From Candidatus Brocadia sp. (GTDB lineage: Bacteria > Planctomycetota > Brocadiia > Brocadiales > Brocadiaceae), in the NCBI GenBank assembly GCA_021650915.1, contig CP091279.1, forward strand, positions 900,001 through 932,000: DNA of 32,000 nucleotides, given 5' to 3'. Positions 14,510 to 21,172 of this stretch are shown one piece after another. Numbering within the stretch: the first letter of the stretch is position 1; every line of letters begins with the position of its first letter. Below the pieces are notes generated by a model that had not been told where the DNA came from, did not search any database, and saw only the letters and a program-made list of their open reading frames with translations. The translations under genes were made by a program, and so were the position numbers.

Positions 14510-15115
14510 TTACAAAGCAAACTGTAACCTTGCAATGGCATCCATCTTCTTTTCATCCGATGTGTGCAGATACTTCTCTGTCGTGCGTATATGACTATGC
14601 CCTAAAAGCTCCTGGACGGTCTTCAGGTCAACCCCCTTATCCAGGAGTGTAGTAGCAAAGGTATGCCTGGTGGTATGTGGAGTAATCCTTTTGGCAATTA
14701 AGGCAACCTTCTTCACCCGCCGTAAGAGGCAATCCACCGCCTTATGGGTAAGCGGCCTCACGTCACAATTCCCGTGCTCCCCCAAGGTGTAAAATAAAAA
14801 TTGTCCCCCTTCGGAGGGGGTTAGGGGGAGGAGCGCCTTCCGATAATCCAGGACGGCCTCCATCACGTCCCTATCCAACGCAATGCGCCTGCGTTTCTCC
14901 CCCTTGCCCATCACATCAACCACCGGTTGATTCCGGTACGTGGTAATATCTGCAACGCTAAGACTGCACACCTCTGCCTTTCTCAACCCAGTGGAGAACA
15001 TGAGGAGTAATAGGGCATAATCCCGCTTACCCTGTAACGTCCTTCTGTCCGGCACCCGGAGTGCCGCGCAAATCTCATCCTCAGTCAAAAACTCTGACAC
15101 CCTTTTTGGCTTCAT
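14510..15115 (-). CDS. Short tyrosine recombinase (XerC/D-like catalytic domain only)
   Basis: 201 aa. Motifs: GLRKAEV, GKGEKRRRI, PHTTRHTFATTL, LLGHSH, EKYLH. RBS: GAAGGAGGTGAAACGATC-ATG. Confidence 0.8.
   Translation of the reverse strand: MKPKRVSEFLTEDEICAALRVPDRRTLQGKRDYALLLLMFSTGLRKAEVCSLSVADITTYRNQPVVDVMGKGEKRRRIALDRDVMEAVLDYRKALLPLTPSEGGQFLFYTLGEHGNCDVRPLTHKAVDCLLRRVKKVALIAKRITPHTTRHTFATTLLDKGVDLKTVQELLGHSHIRTTEKYLHTSDEKKMDAIARLQFAL
14803..14831. repeat. G/C-hairpin repeat element, copy inside the short recombinase CDS
   Basis: GTCCCCCT-TCGG-AGGGGGTTAGGGGGAGG encodes LLPLTPSEGGQF on the minus strand. Confidence 0.75.
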
Positions 15116-15176
15116 GATCGTTTCACCTCCTTCACTAAACTTTCCATAATTTTTACCTCCGTAAATTAAAACAAAT

Positions 15177-15211
15177 AGATATATATGATATATTATATAT
15201 CATATATATCT
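15177..15211. repeat. 35-bp perfect AT-rich palindrome between divergent recombinase and RHH genes
   Basis: AGATATATATGATATAT-T-ATATATCATATATATCT: 17-bp arms around one central T. Confidence 0.9.
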
Positions 15212-15236
15212 TAATATGTCAAGTATTAATTTAGTG

Positions 15237-15265
15237 TTGACAGTATTTTTTATATCTGTTATTAT
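15237..15265 (+). promoter_or_regulatory. Near-consensus promoter of the RHH gene
   Basis: TTGACA (15237-15242), 17 nt, TATTAT (15260-15265), then AAGGAG and ATG at 15290. Confidence 0.5.
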
Positions 15266-15289
15266 GTTTACCACAAAGGAGAACAATTA

Positions 15290-15454
15290 ATGACAGATAC
15301 TGAAAGAATTATTCTTAATATCCCTAAAGAGATGCTTGAACGGATAGACGATTTCAGGCGTAAACAGGAAGTTATTCCATCAAGGGCCGCAGCAATCAGA
15401 CATCTTTTAGAGAAGTCTTTAGGCACTTCCAAAAAAGAGACCTCAAAGAAATAA
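15290..15454 (+). CDS. Ribbon-helix-helix (CopG/Arc/MetJ-type) DNA-binding protein, 54 aa
   Basis: Own translation (below the ORF-track size cutoff): MTDTERIILNIPKEMLERIDDFRRKQEVIPSRAAAIRHLLEKSLGTSKKETSKK. The beta-strand / helix / helix pattern is typical of RHH proteins. Good RBS. Confidence 0.65.
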   Translation: MTDTERIILNIPKEMLERIDDFRRKQEVIPSRAAAIRHLLEKSLGTSKKETSKK

Positions 15455-15639
15455 TGGACTCTGGGAACGTATATGACAAGGGGGAACGCCCCGCCTAGCG
15501 GTCATATGCAGGCCGTAATGCGCTCCGCTTCGGCCATCGTTCCAGCCCTCTAACTTCTATAATCAACTTATAAAAATCCAGTTTCTTCTACCGCAATGGA
15601 AGCATTAATCGGATTAATAGTCATAATCATAGCAGTATG

Positions 15640-17358
15640 GTAACTATTCAGCGTAATATCGCCCCCTATCGTTACGAGCTGGCAAAATCAGGCAATTTGC
15701 CGCGAAATACCATCCGTAATGCCTGACTTAAATTTACCCCTTGTTTTCGACAAGTCGAGAGATAACTACGGATGAGGCAGAAGATCTTCGCTCCGTCCAG
15801 AGAACGAAAACAGCCCGATATCTTCTGCTGAACCTTCGTCATCCTGATATCGTTTTCGGCCAGGTTATTCGTGAAGGGGACGTTTTTATTGTCCATAAAT
15901 CTGAGCACATCACCCTCATACTCCCGTAATCGTTCCAGGAGATTCCGTGCTTTTGTCCTTTTTACCCGCCCTCTTTTCCCCTTACGGTTCGTTTCATCAG
16001 GGGGCGGGCTTTCAGCTTCTGCGTTTTGCAATATCCCCCGGTACCTTTGCCGGTATTTCTCAGACTCGCCGTTTTCCAACAAACCCCCCGCATCCTTTAC
16101 CGCACGGTTTATCTCTTCGAGCAGGGCTTTCATCTCTTTCGCCCACGGTTGCTTCTTATCCTCTTCCCACACCCCCTCCAATTCCCTCAGGTGGTGTGCA
16201 TTACAGAGCGCATGTGTACAGCGGGTGTAGGTGTAATACGCCTTCAAATGGTCGTGACAAAGAATCCCCCGAAACTGGGGCAGTATCCCGATACTATCCA
16301 TCGCTTCCGTCCCACGTCTTTCGTGAGGGAAAAAGTGTGTCCACAAACTATTGGATGCACTATGCAGCCAATACCTGTCTCCGTTCTTGTTGATGCTCGT
16401 TTCATCTGCCTGCAATACCTCTGATTTGACAAGTTCTTCCTTGGTTTTCCCCTCGAAGGCTTCCAGAGATTCGTAGGCATCCTTGTTAAAGTTGTAAAGA
16501 GAGCCTTCGCTCAGCGGTATCCCCATCTGCTCCTCAAAATACTCCTGGATCCTCTTATAGGGTATCAATTGATACTGTGACATATATACTGCGTGCGCTT
16601 TCAAATCCGGCCCATACTGCACTGCCTTTGTCACCCCTTCCGGAAATGACGCTACAAACCTACTTCCCTCCGCATCCTCAACTATCTCTGCCCGATACTC
16701 CGTTACCACCCTTGAAATCTTCATATCAAACACCTGACGCGACTCATAACCGATCAACCTGTATTTGCCGCTCGGATACTTCCTCCGGTCTACTTTTATT
16801 ACTTCCACCTTATCAGGATTGGCTACCTTTTTCAGCGTTACTCCATCATGACCCTCTTGCCCACCTGCCTTCCTCTCTCCTTTCGCCCTGCTCTTTCTCG
16901 TGCGATTCGGATCGCTTGCGGGCGGCTTACTACTGTTGCGACTGTTCCGGTTCAGACGTCCTACCAGCAGCGTTATCACTAACACCAACAACTCTATCAT
17001 TGACCTTATGGCAGGTGACAGACCTTTTTCCTCTGAAAGCAGCTTTTCTACTTTCCGCAGCGTTGCATCTATATCTATATTCTCTATCGTCAATGGATGG
17101 CACCGGTATTAATAGCCTGAAATCATCTCCTGCGGCTATTATACCACAGGCTTTTTCACCCATTTTTTTCACCCTCTACCGCCCTACAAAACTCTGTAAT
17201 TCTCTGGCCGAACATACCCCACACCTCTCTTTGCAAAAACCTCCGATGGGCTACAGTGGCATCCTCCACAGCCATTTATTCTACCAACCAATTCTACGGC
17301 CCCCTTTTCTCATGTTGACTGTCAACTAAATTCTAAAATATTTTCGCTGAATAGTTAC
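15640..17358 (-). mobile_element. IS66-family insertion sequence (single-ORF, ISBst12-like type), 1719 bp
   Basis: 14-bp perfect terminal inverted repeats: GTAACTATTCAGCG (15640-15653) and its reverse complement (17345-17358). They are flanked by the 8-bp direct duplication GCAGTATG (15632-15639 and 17359-17366). Confidence 0.9.
15672..17093 (-). CDS. IS66-family transposase
   Basis: 473 aa. Motifs I associate with IS66 TnpC: NSSKPPASDP, CNAHHLREL, PFTNNLAENDIRMTKVQQKISGCFRS..GAKIFC.IRSYLSTCRKQG. Confidence 0.9.
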   Translation of the reverse strand: MTIENIDIDATLRKVEKLLSEEKGLSPAIRSMIELLVLVITLLVGRLNRNSRNSSKPPASDPNRTRKSRAKGERKAGGQEGHDGVTLKKVANPDKVEVIKVDRRKYPSGKYRLIGYESRQVFDMKISRVVTEYRAEIVEDAEGSRFVASFPEGVTKAVQYGPDLKAHAVYMSQYQLIPYKRIQEYFEEQMGIPLSEGSLYNFNKDAYESLEAFEGKTKEELVKSEVLQADETSINKNGDRYWLHSASNSLWTHFFPHERRGTEAMDSIGILPQFRGILCHDHLKAYYTYTRCTHALCNAHHLRELEGVWEEDKKQPWAKEMKALLEEINRAVKDAGGLLENGESEKYRQRYRGILQNAEAESPPPDETNRKGKRGRVKRTKARNLLERLREYEGDVLRFMDNKNVPFTNNLAENDIRMTKVQQKISGCFRSLDGAKIFCLIRSYLSTCRKQGVNLSQALRMVFRGKLPDFASS

Positions 17359-17634
17359 GCAGTATGTTCCTTTATAAAATATCAGCGTAAAAAGGAAAAA
17401 GAACTTACTCCCTATGAGCGTCAGAAGCAAGTAGAAGAAATGGCGAAAGGGGTTGAAGAACTTATCAGCGAGGTAGTCCAGGAGTCAGACTACGGGAAAA
17501 AACCAACGAAGAAATTGAGCATTTGAAAAATGAAATTAAACAGTTACAAAAAGAGCTGAGTAAGTTTAAAAAGGATGATCATGAGAAGCAAAATATTTGG
17601 TAGAGTAGAAAAAGAGAGACTTGGTTAAAGAAAA

Positions 17635-18955
17635 AGCCCTCCAAATATGGTAAAAAATAGTTTTGATACAAGAAACTAAACCATAAAGAAAAGGAGGGCT
17701 ATATGGGAGCAACCCCATGCACAGATGGTATCACAATAGAATTTGGTTGTCAAATTCGGGTTGAATTAAAGGACGGCAGCCTGGAGTCGATTCTCAAGGC
17801 ATTTTGCAAGATACTGCCGGAGATATTAAGGGATTTTATTCAGAAGATCGTGGTTGGTTTTGGTGAGAGTGCGATGGCGCAATCACGGAAGCCATTTTGC
17901 TGCGACGAATGTGGGAATGACAAGGAGTTTATCTGGAAGACGAGGCATGGAAAAGAGACGAAGATACTGACGGTCTTTCAGTGGTTGAGATTAGAGCAGT
18001 TGCAGGTGCAGTGCAAGAGGTGCGGTCATAAGATGTATATAACGCGAAAGCTTCTGGGGATGGAGCGGATGAAGCGAATACCACCGGAGACGTATCGGAA
18101 GCTTGGGCTGGTAGGATCGTTAACGACCTACCGGGTAGCGAAGAAGATCGTGTCGATGTTTGGCTGGACAGTAGACAAGATGACGATATGGAAATCGGTA
18201 CAAAAGACGGCAGCAGAGATAGATTTTCAACTCGACGAGAAGGGACTTCCCCTGGGAGAAGCAGACGGGACAGGGGTAGGGATTAAGGGGATAGCCAAAC
18301 GAGGCAAGGAACTCAAGGTCTTTGTGCAATACAAGAGCGGTGGAGGGGTGAGAGTGGCAGGGCTTGACATAGGGGATTACAACGGTAGTTGGGATACGCT
18401 GTTTGGTAAGAGTGTTAAGGTGTTCAGGAAGTTTTCCCAGTTTCTTTTGATAACCGATGGAGACACCTCTATTTTGGATAGTTTGAAAGGGAAGATCAAG
18501 GTGCTTGTACAGAGATGTTTGTGGCATATTCCGTATCAGGCAAAGTATGTATTGTGGCAAGATGGGGTCAAGAGCAAGGGGAAAGAATGGCTGGAGGTGA
18601 TGTCGGAGCTTATGGAGGTCTGTGCGATACGGCCATTGGTTGATTGTCAGAAGACCATCGAGAAAATGATAGAGTCCAAGAGGAAACGATTGGATGCGGT
18701 GATTCAGCATTGTTTGTCGAAGGGATATACTCATACCGCATCCTATCTTGAGAATGCCAGGCCTGATATGTTTACGGCGATAGAAAAGAGGCTCAATGGC
18801 AGAACGACAAGTAAAGTAGAGCGCGTCATGCGTACGGTTAACCTGCGGGTGAATGTGAGCAAATGGAGTGTTGCCGGGGCGCTGAACGTTACCAAAATTC
18901 GGCTTGCCTATTACTACAACGGCTTTGATGCGTGACAACTATACATTGGAGGACT
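17635..18955 (+). mobile_element. Possible second IS (boundaries tentative)
   Basis: Imperfect inverted repeats: AGCCCTCCAAATAT (17635-17648) versus the reverse complement of ATACATTGGAGGACT (18941-18955). No target duplication is seen. Confidence 0.3.
17703..18935 (+). CDS. Transposase with N-terminal zinc ribbon (ISLre2/UPF0236-like; family tentative)
   Basis: 410 aa. CCDECG..CKRCGH zinc ribbon. Candidate acidic triad in EADGTGVG, LITDGDTS and TSKVERVMRTVNLR. The C-terminal WS..GA....KIRLAYYYNG is typical of this kind of transposase. RBS: AAGGAGGG. Confidence 0.6.
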   Translation: MGATPCTDGITIEFGCQIRVELKDGSLESILKAFCKILPEILRDFIQKIVVGFGESAMAQSRKPFCCDECGNDKEFIWKTRHGKETKILTVFQWLRLEQLQVQCKRCGHKMYITRKLLGMERMKRIPPETYRKLGLVGSLTTYRVAKKIVSMFGWTVDKMTIWKSVQKTAAEIDFQLDEKGLPLGEADGTGVGIKGIAKRGKELKVFVQYKSGGGVRVAGLDIGDYNGSWDTLFGKSVKVFRKFSQFLLITDGDTSILDSLKGKIKVLVQRCLWHIPYQAKYVLWQDGVKSKGKEWLEVMSELMEVCAIRPLVDCQKTIEKMIESKRKRLDAVIQHCLSKGYTHTASYLENARPDMFTAIEKRLNGRTTSKVERVMRTVNLRVNVSKWSVAGALNVTKIRLAYYYNGFDA

Positions 18956-19006
18956 TTTCTCAGGTCTCCACTTGACAACGCTACTAAATATTTAGGAGAA
19001 TTCATC

Positions 19007-19231
19007 ATGCAAATTAAATTAACAGCAGTCTTCCAAAAGGTACCCGAAGGATACATCGGATTTGTAGAAGAACTACCAGGCGTCAACACACAGGGAGACA
19101 CATTAGAGGAAGCGCGGAGCAACCTGGAAGAGGCAGTACAATTAGTCCTGGATGCTAATAGGCAGTTAGCGGAAGAATCGCTTCAAGGTCAAGACGTGAT
19201 AAAAGAATCGTTCCCCGTTTCAACACCATGA
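19007..19231 (+). CDS. hicB: HicB-family antitoxin
   Basis: 74 aa from ATG 19007 (RBS TAGGAG). FQKVPEGYIGFVEELPGVNTQGDTLEEARSNLEEAV is the HicB/UPF0150 pattern. The ATGA overlap couples it to hicA. Confidence 0.75.
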   Translation: MQIKLTAVFQKVPEGYIGFVEELPGVNTQGDTLEEARSNLEEAVQLVLDANRQLAEESLQGQDVIKESFPVSTP

Positions 19232-19413
19232 AACGCCGTGACCTTATCCGCCATTTAGAAACCCATGGATGTGAATTTTTACGAGAGGGTGGGAATCATA
19301 CCGTGTATGTTAACCGTGCTTTGAAAAAAACCTCAACGGTACCCAAGCATAAAGAGATTAATGAATTCCTCGTTTATAAAATCTGCAAGGATCTCGGGAT
19401 CCCAAAACCGTAA
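19228..19413 (+). CDS. hicA: HicA-family mRNA interferase toxin
   Basis: 61 aa. MKRRDLIRHLETHGCEFLREGGNHTVY...TVPKHKEI matches the HicA (YcfA-like) pattern, including the catalytic-His context GGNHT. Confidence 0.8.
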   Translation: MKRRDLIRHLETHGCEFLREGGNHTVYVNRALKKTSTVPKHKEINEFLVYKICKDLGIPKP

Positions 19414-19607
19414 ATGCAGAATGACAGTAGGAAATTTTCGGCGCTGCCTACGGCGGGCCCGTATAAAAAAAACGGCTCCGATATGAGGGGACGAGGCCGG
19501 CCCTCCATCCTGCGAAATTTAAGGGCCTGCAATAGGAAAGGAGTCCGTTAAAGGTGGTTTGAAGCCTTAAACGATTTTAATCTATCGCAAGCCCTTTTAA
19601 AATGCCT

Positions 19608-20198
19608 CTATTCCACTCCAACGAACTCATTCCAGAGACTTGTCTTGATCGTCTCGCATTCCTTTGAATCTGGTGCAGCTATCGCCCTGAATCTTTCCGG
19701 CAAGTCATTCGGATACAGCATAGGAACATAACGTCCCCCGCTCCTCATGGCAACCCATAAAAAGCTTGCAGTATCGCCAACCGCCTTCTCAAATTTATCC
19801 TGGCATATCACCGCTATCTTATCCCATATATCAGAAGAAACAGCCTTCATTTCCCGCTCTATTTTTGATATGCCGCTTTGTTGTTCTGCAATGACCTCTT
19901 CGCTAAAGCTGGTAAGTTCCAGGGCATCGCTATATTCCTTTGTCATCGCAAGTACTTTCTTCCTTGTGCTGTCCAGTTCTGCCTGGGTAATTTCGTTTTT
20001 AACAAAGCGTTCAATAGCATCTTTCTTAACAACCTCACCCTTTGATGACCGCTCTTCTAATTCCTTGATACTCTGCTTTATCTGCGCCAGTTTAGATTCT
20101 GTATCGGACAGCGTCTTTTGCTCAGCCAGCAATTGGTTTTTTAACTTCTTATACGTTTTAACTTCTTCAATTTCCTTATAAGCGGTTTGTTGTACCAT
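19608..20198 (-). CDS. Hypothetical coiled-coil protein (196 aa)
   Basis: ORF-track frame. The N-terminal two thirds are predicted alpha/coiled coil. I recognise no motif. Confidence 0.5.
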   Translation of the reverse strand: MVQQTAYKEIEEVKTYKKLKNQLLAEQKTLSDTESKLAQIKQSIKELEERSSKGEVVKKDAIERFVKNEITQAELDSTRKKVLAMTKEYSDALELTSFSEEVIAEQQSGISKIEREMKAVSSDIWDKIAVICQDKFEKAVGDTASFLWVAMRSGGRYVPMLYPNDLPERFRAIAAPDSKECETIKTSLWNEFVGVE

Positions 20199-20209
20199 GT
20201 GTTAGACTC

Positions 20210-20431
20210 CTAAATAAAAAATTCTGGGTGCTCTGCCGAAACCTTTAAAAGTGCCCCACCGTAGGTAACGCCCGGATTTTTTCTCATATGCCCCTCGATC
20301 AATACTTCAGCAGTTTTATGTTTATACTCAGTTTCGTCTAGGGGAATATAATGCGTCCTCATACCCGTATCAGCGGCAATAAACTCCAAAAAACGTTCGT
20401 CACCTACTTTAACCGTTCTTTTTGTAGCCAT
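20210..20431 (-). CDS. Hypothetical protein (73 aa)
   Basis: ORF-track frame. Strong RBS: GAAAGGAGGTGTAAAAGAC-ATG. It is the first gene of a two-gene unit next to attR. Confidence 0.5.
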   Translation of the reverse strand: MATKRTVKVGDERFLEFIAADTGMRTHYIPLDETEYKHKTAEVLIEGHMRKNPGVTYGGALLKVSAEHPEFFI

Positions 20432-20461
20432 GTCTTTTACACCTCCTTTCTAAAAAGTTTT

Positions 20462-20485
20462 GACTGTAGTCAAATTGTAGTCAAC
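20462..20485 (+). repeat. Candidate arm-type repeat (partner of 4553-4576)
   Basis: GACTGTAGTCAAATTGTAGTCAAC, about 145 bp inside attR. Confidence 0.45.
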
Positions 20486-20629
20486 TCCATCGAAATGGTT
20501 AGGAATCAACAGGAATAAGCAGGAAATAAATTTTTGTTGCAACTCGTCTAAAAACAACGTATTCTAGGCACAAAAGACACATTTCCGGCCACTTGTAAAA
20601 AATGCTAATAAATACAAAAAGGTCTTTCA

Positions 20630-20667
20630 TAATGATGAGGTTGTCGGTTCGACTCCGATCGCGGGCT
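20630..20667 (+). repeat. attR core (38-bp copy of the tRNA-Thr 3' half)
   Basis: Identical to 4468-4505. The 5' half of the tRNA is absent here. Confidence 0.85.
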
Positions 20668-20863
20668 TCACTATTATCAAAGAAGAGCTATCACGCCCTC
20701 CCCGATCTTTATCAAAACGCTAAAGCATCCTTTTCCTGTAATGTATCAAAGATGTCTCAGGGCATTTCAATTCGGAAAATGACCATACGATAAGTATTCC
20801 TGTCTAAAATCTTTTTTTCGATAGTTATCTATGCTCCTTTTCCCCTCCTGACCGGAGAGATCG

Positions 20864-21172
20864 GGTTGCGGCTGTGTTACGCTATAGTATTACTCCATAA
20901 AAACTTCTTTTTTTTGTAAGTTTTTTCACAAACCTCTTTCAGGAGGTACCGTTTTTTATGAGTGAAAGATTGCTTCGCTTCACTCGCAATGACAACGTGC
21001 CGTGTGCCATCAAAGTGCATGGTCGCTGTCATTGCGAGGCCTTTTCCGAAGCAATCTCCCCGCTTTCGTAAAGGAAATTTGGTTGCGGCTGTGCCGCGCT
21101 ATGATCTTTGTGTAAAACTTTGCGTTCTTTGTGGTTGAACTTTTTTGGTTGCGGCTGTGCTGCGTTATGATA
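20864..21172 (+). repeat. Three direct copies of a GGTTGCGGCTGTG-headed repeat
   Basis: Copies at 20864-20890, 21081-21106 and 21147-21172. An inverted copy lies at 3167-3185. The third copy contains the ATG (21167) of the next gene. Confidence 0.8.
20967..21057. repeat. REP-like palindromic element
   Basis: AGATTGCTTCG (20967-20977) pairs with CGAAGCAATCT (21047-21057). CTCGCAATGAC (20983-20993) pairs with GTCATTGCGAG (21028-21038). Confidence 0.75.

Larger units (their letters stand above)
15596..17526 (+). pseudogene. Small membrane-anchored ORF split by the IS66-family insertion
   Basis: Removing 15640-17366 (the IS plus one target-duplication copy) restores MEALIGLIVIIIAVCSFIKYQRKKEKELTPYERQKQVEEMAKGVEELISEVVQESDYGKKPTKKLSI*. 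With the IS present it reads ..AVW*. Confidence 0.45.
4468..20667 (-). mobile_element. About 16.2-kb integrative element inserted in tRNA-Thr (replication and regulation modules, no recognisable virion or conjugation genes)
   Basis: Bounded by a 38-bp perfect direct repeat that equals the tRNA 3' half. An integrase gene abuts the tRNA. The gene content is listed separately. Confidence 0.8.

Noticed and set aside
15741-17329. Several long ORFs on the strand opposite the IS66 transposase (for example 16577-17329, 250 aa) and overlapping same-strand ORFs (16244-16480, 16930-17172)
   Set aside because: Their composition is Pro/Ser/Leu-rich and low-complexity. They have no RBS and overlap a transposase with strong family motifs.
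18120-18938. 272-aa ORF antisense to the second transposase
   Set aside because: It is long, but it has no RBS or recognisable motif. The sense strand carries the zinc ribbon and acidic-residue pattern, so this is a typical antisense shadow ORF.
20602-20793. 63-aa plus-strand ORF spanning attR
   Set aside because: It reads through the tRNA-derived att repeat. It has no RBS and a low-complexity basic sequence.
20958-21074. 38-aa ORF MSERLLRFTRNDN...CHCEAFSEAISPLS behind an AGGAGG
   Set aside because: It is the translation of the two arms of the REP-like palindrome at 20967-21057. I recognise this peptide style as a recurrent repeat-derived annotation artefact. The spacing to the RBS is also long (11 nt).
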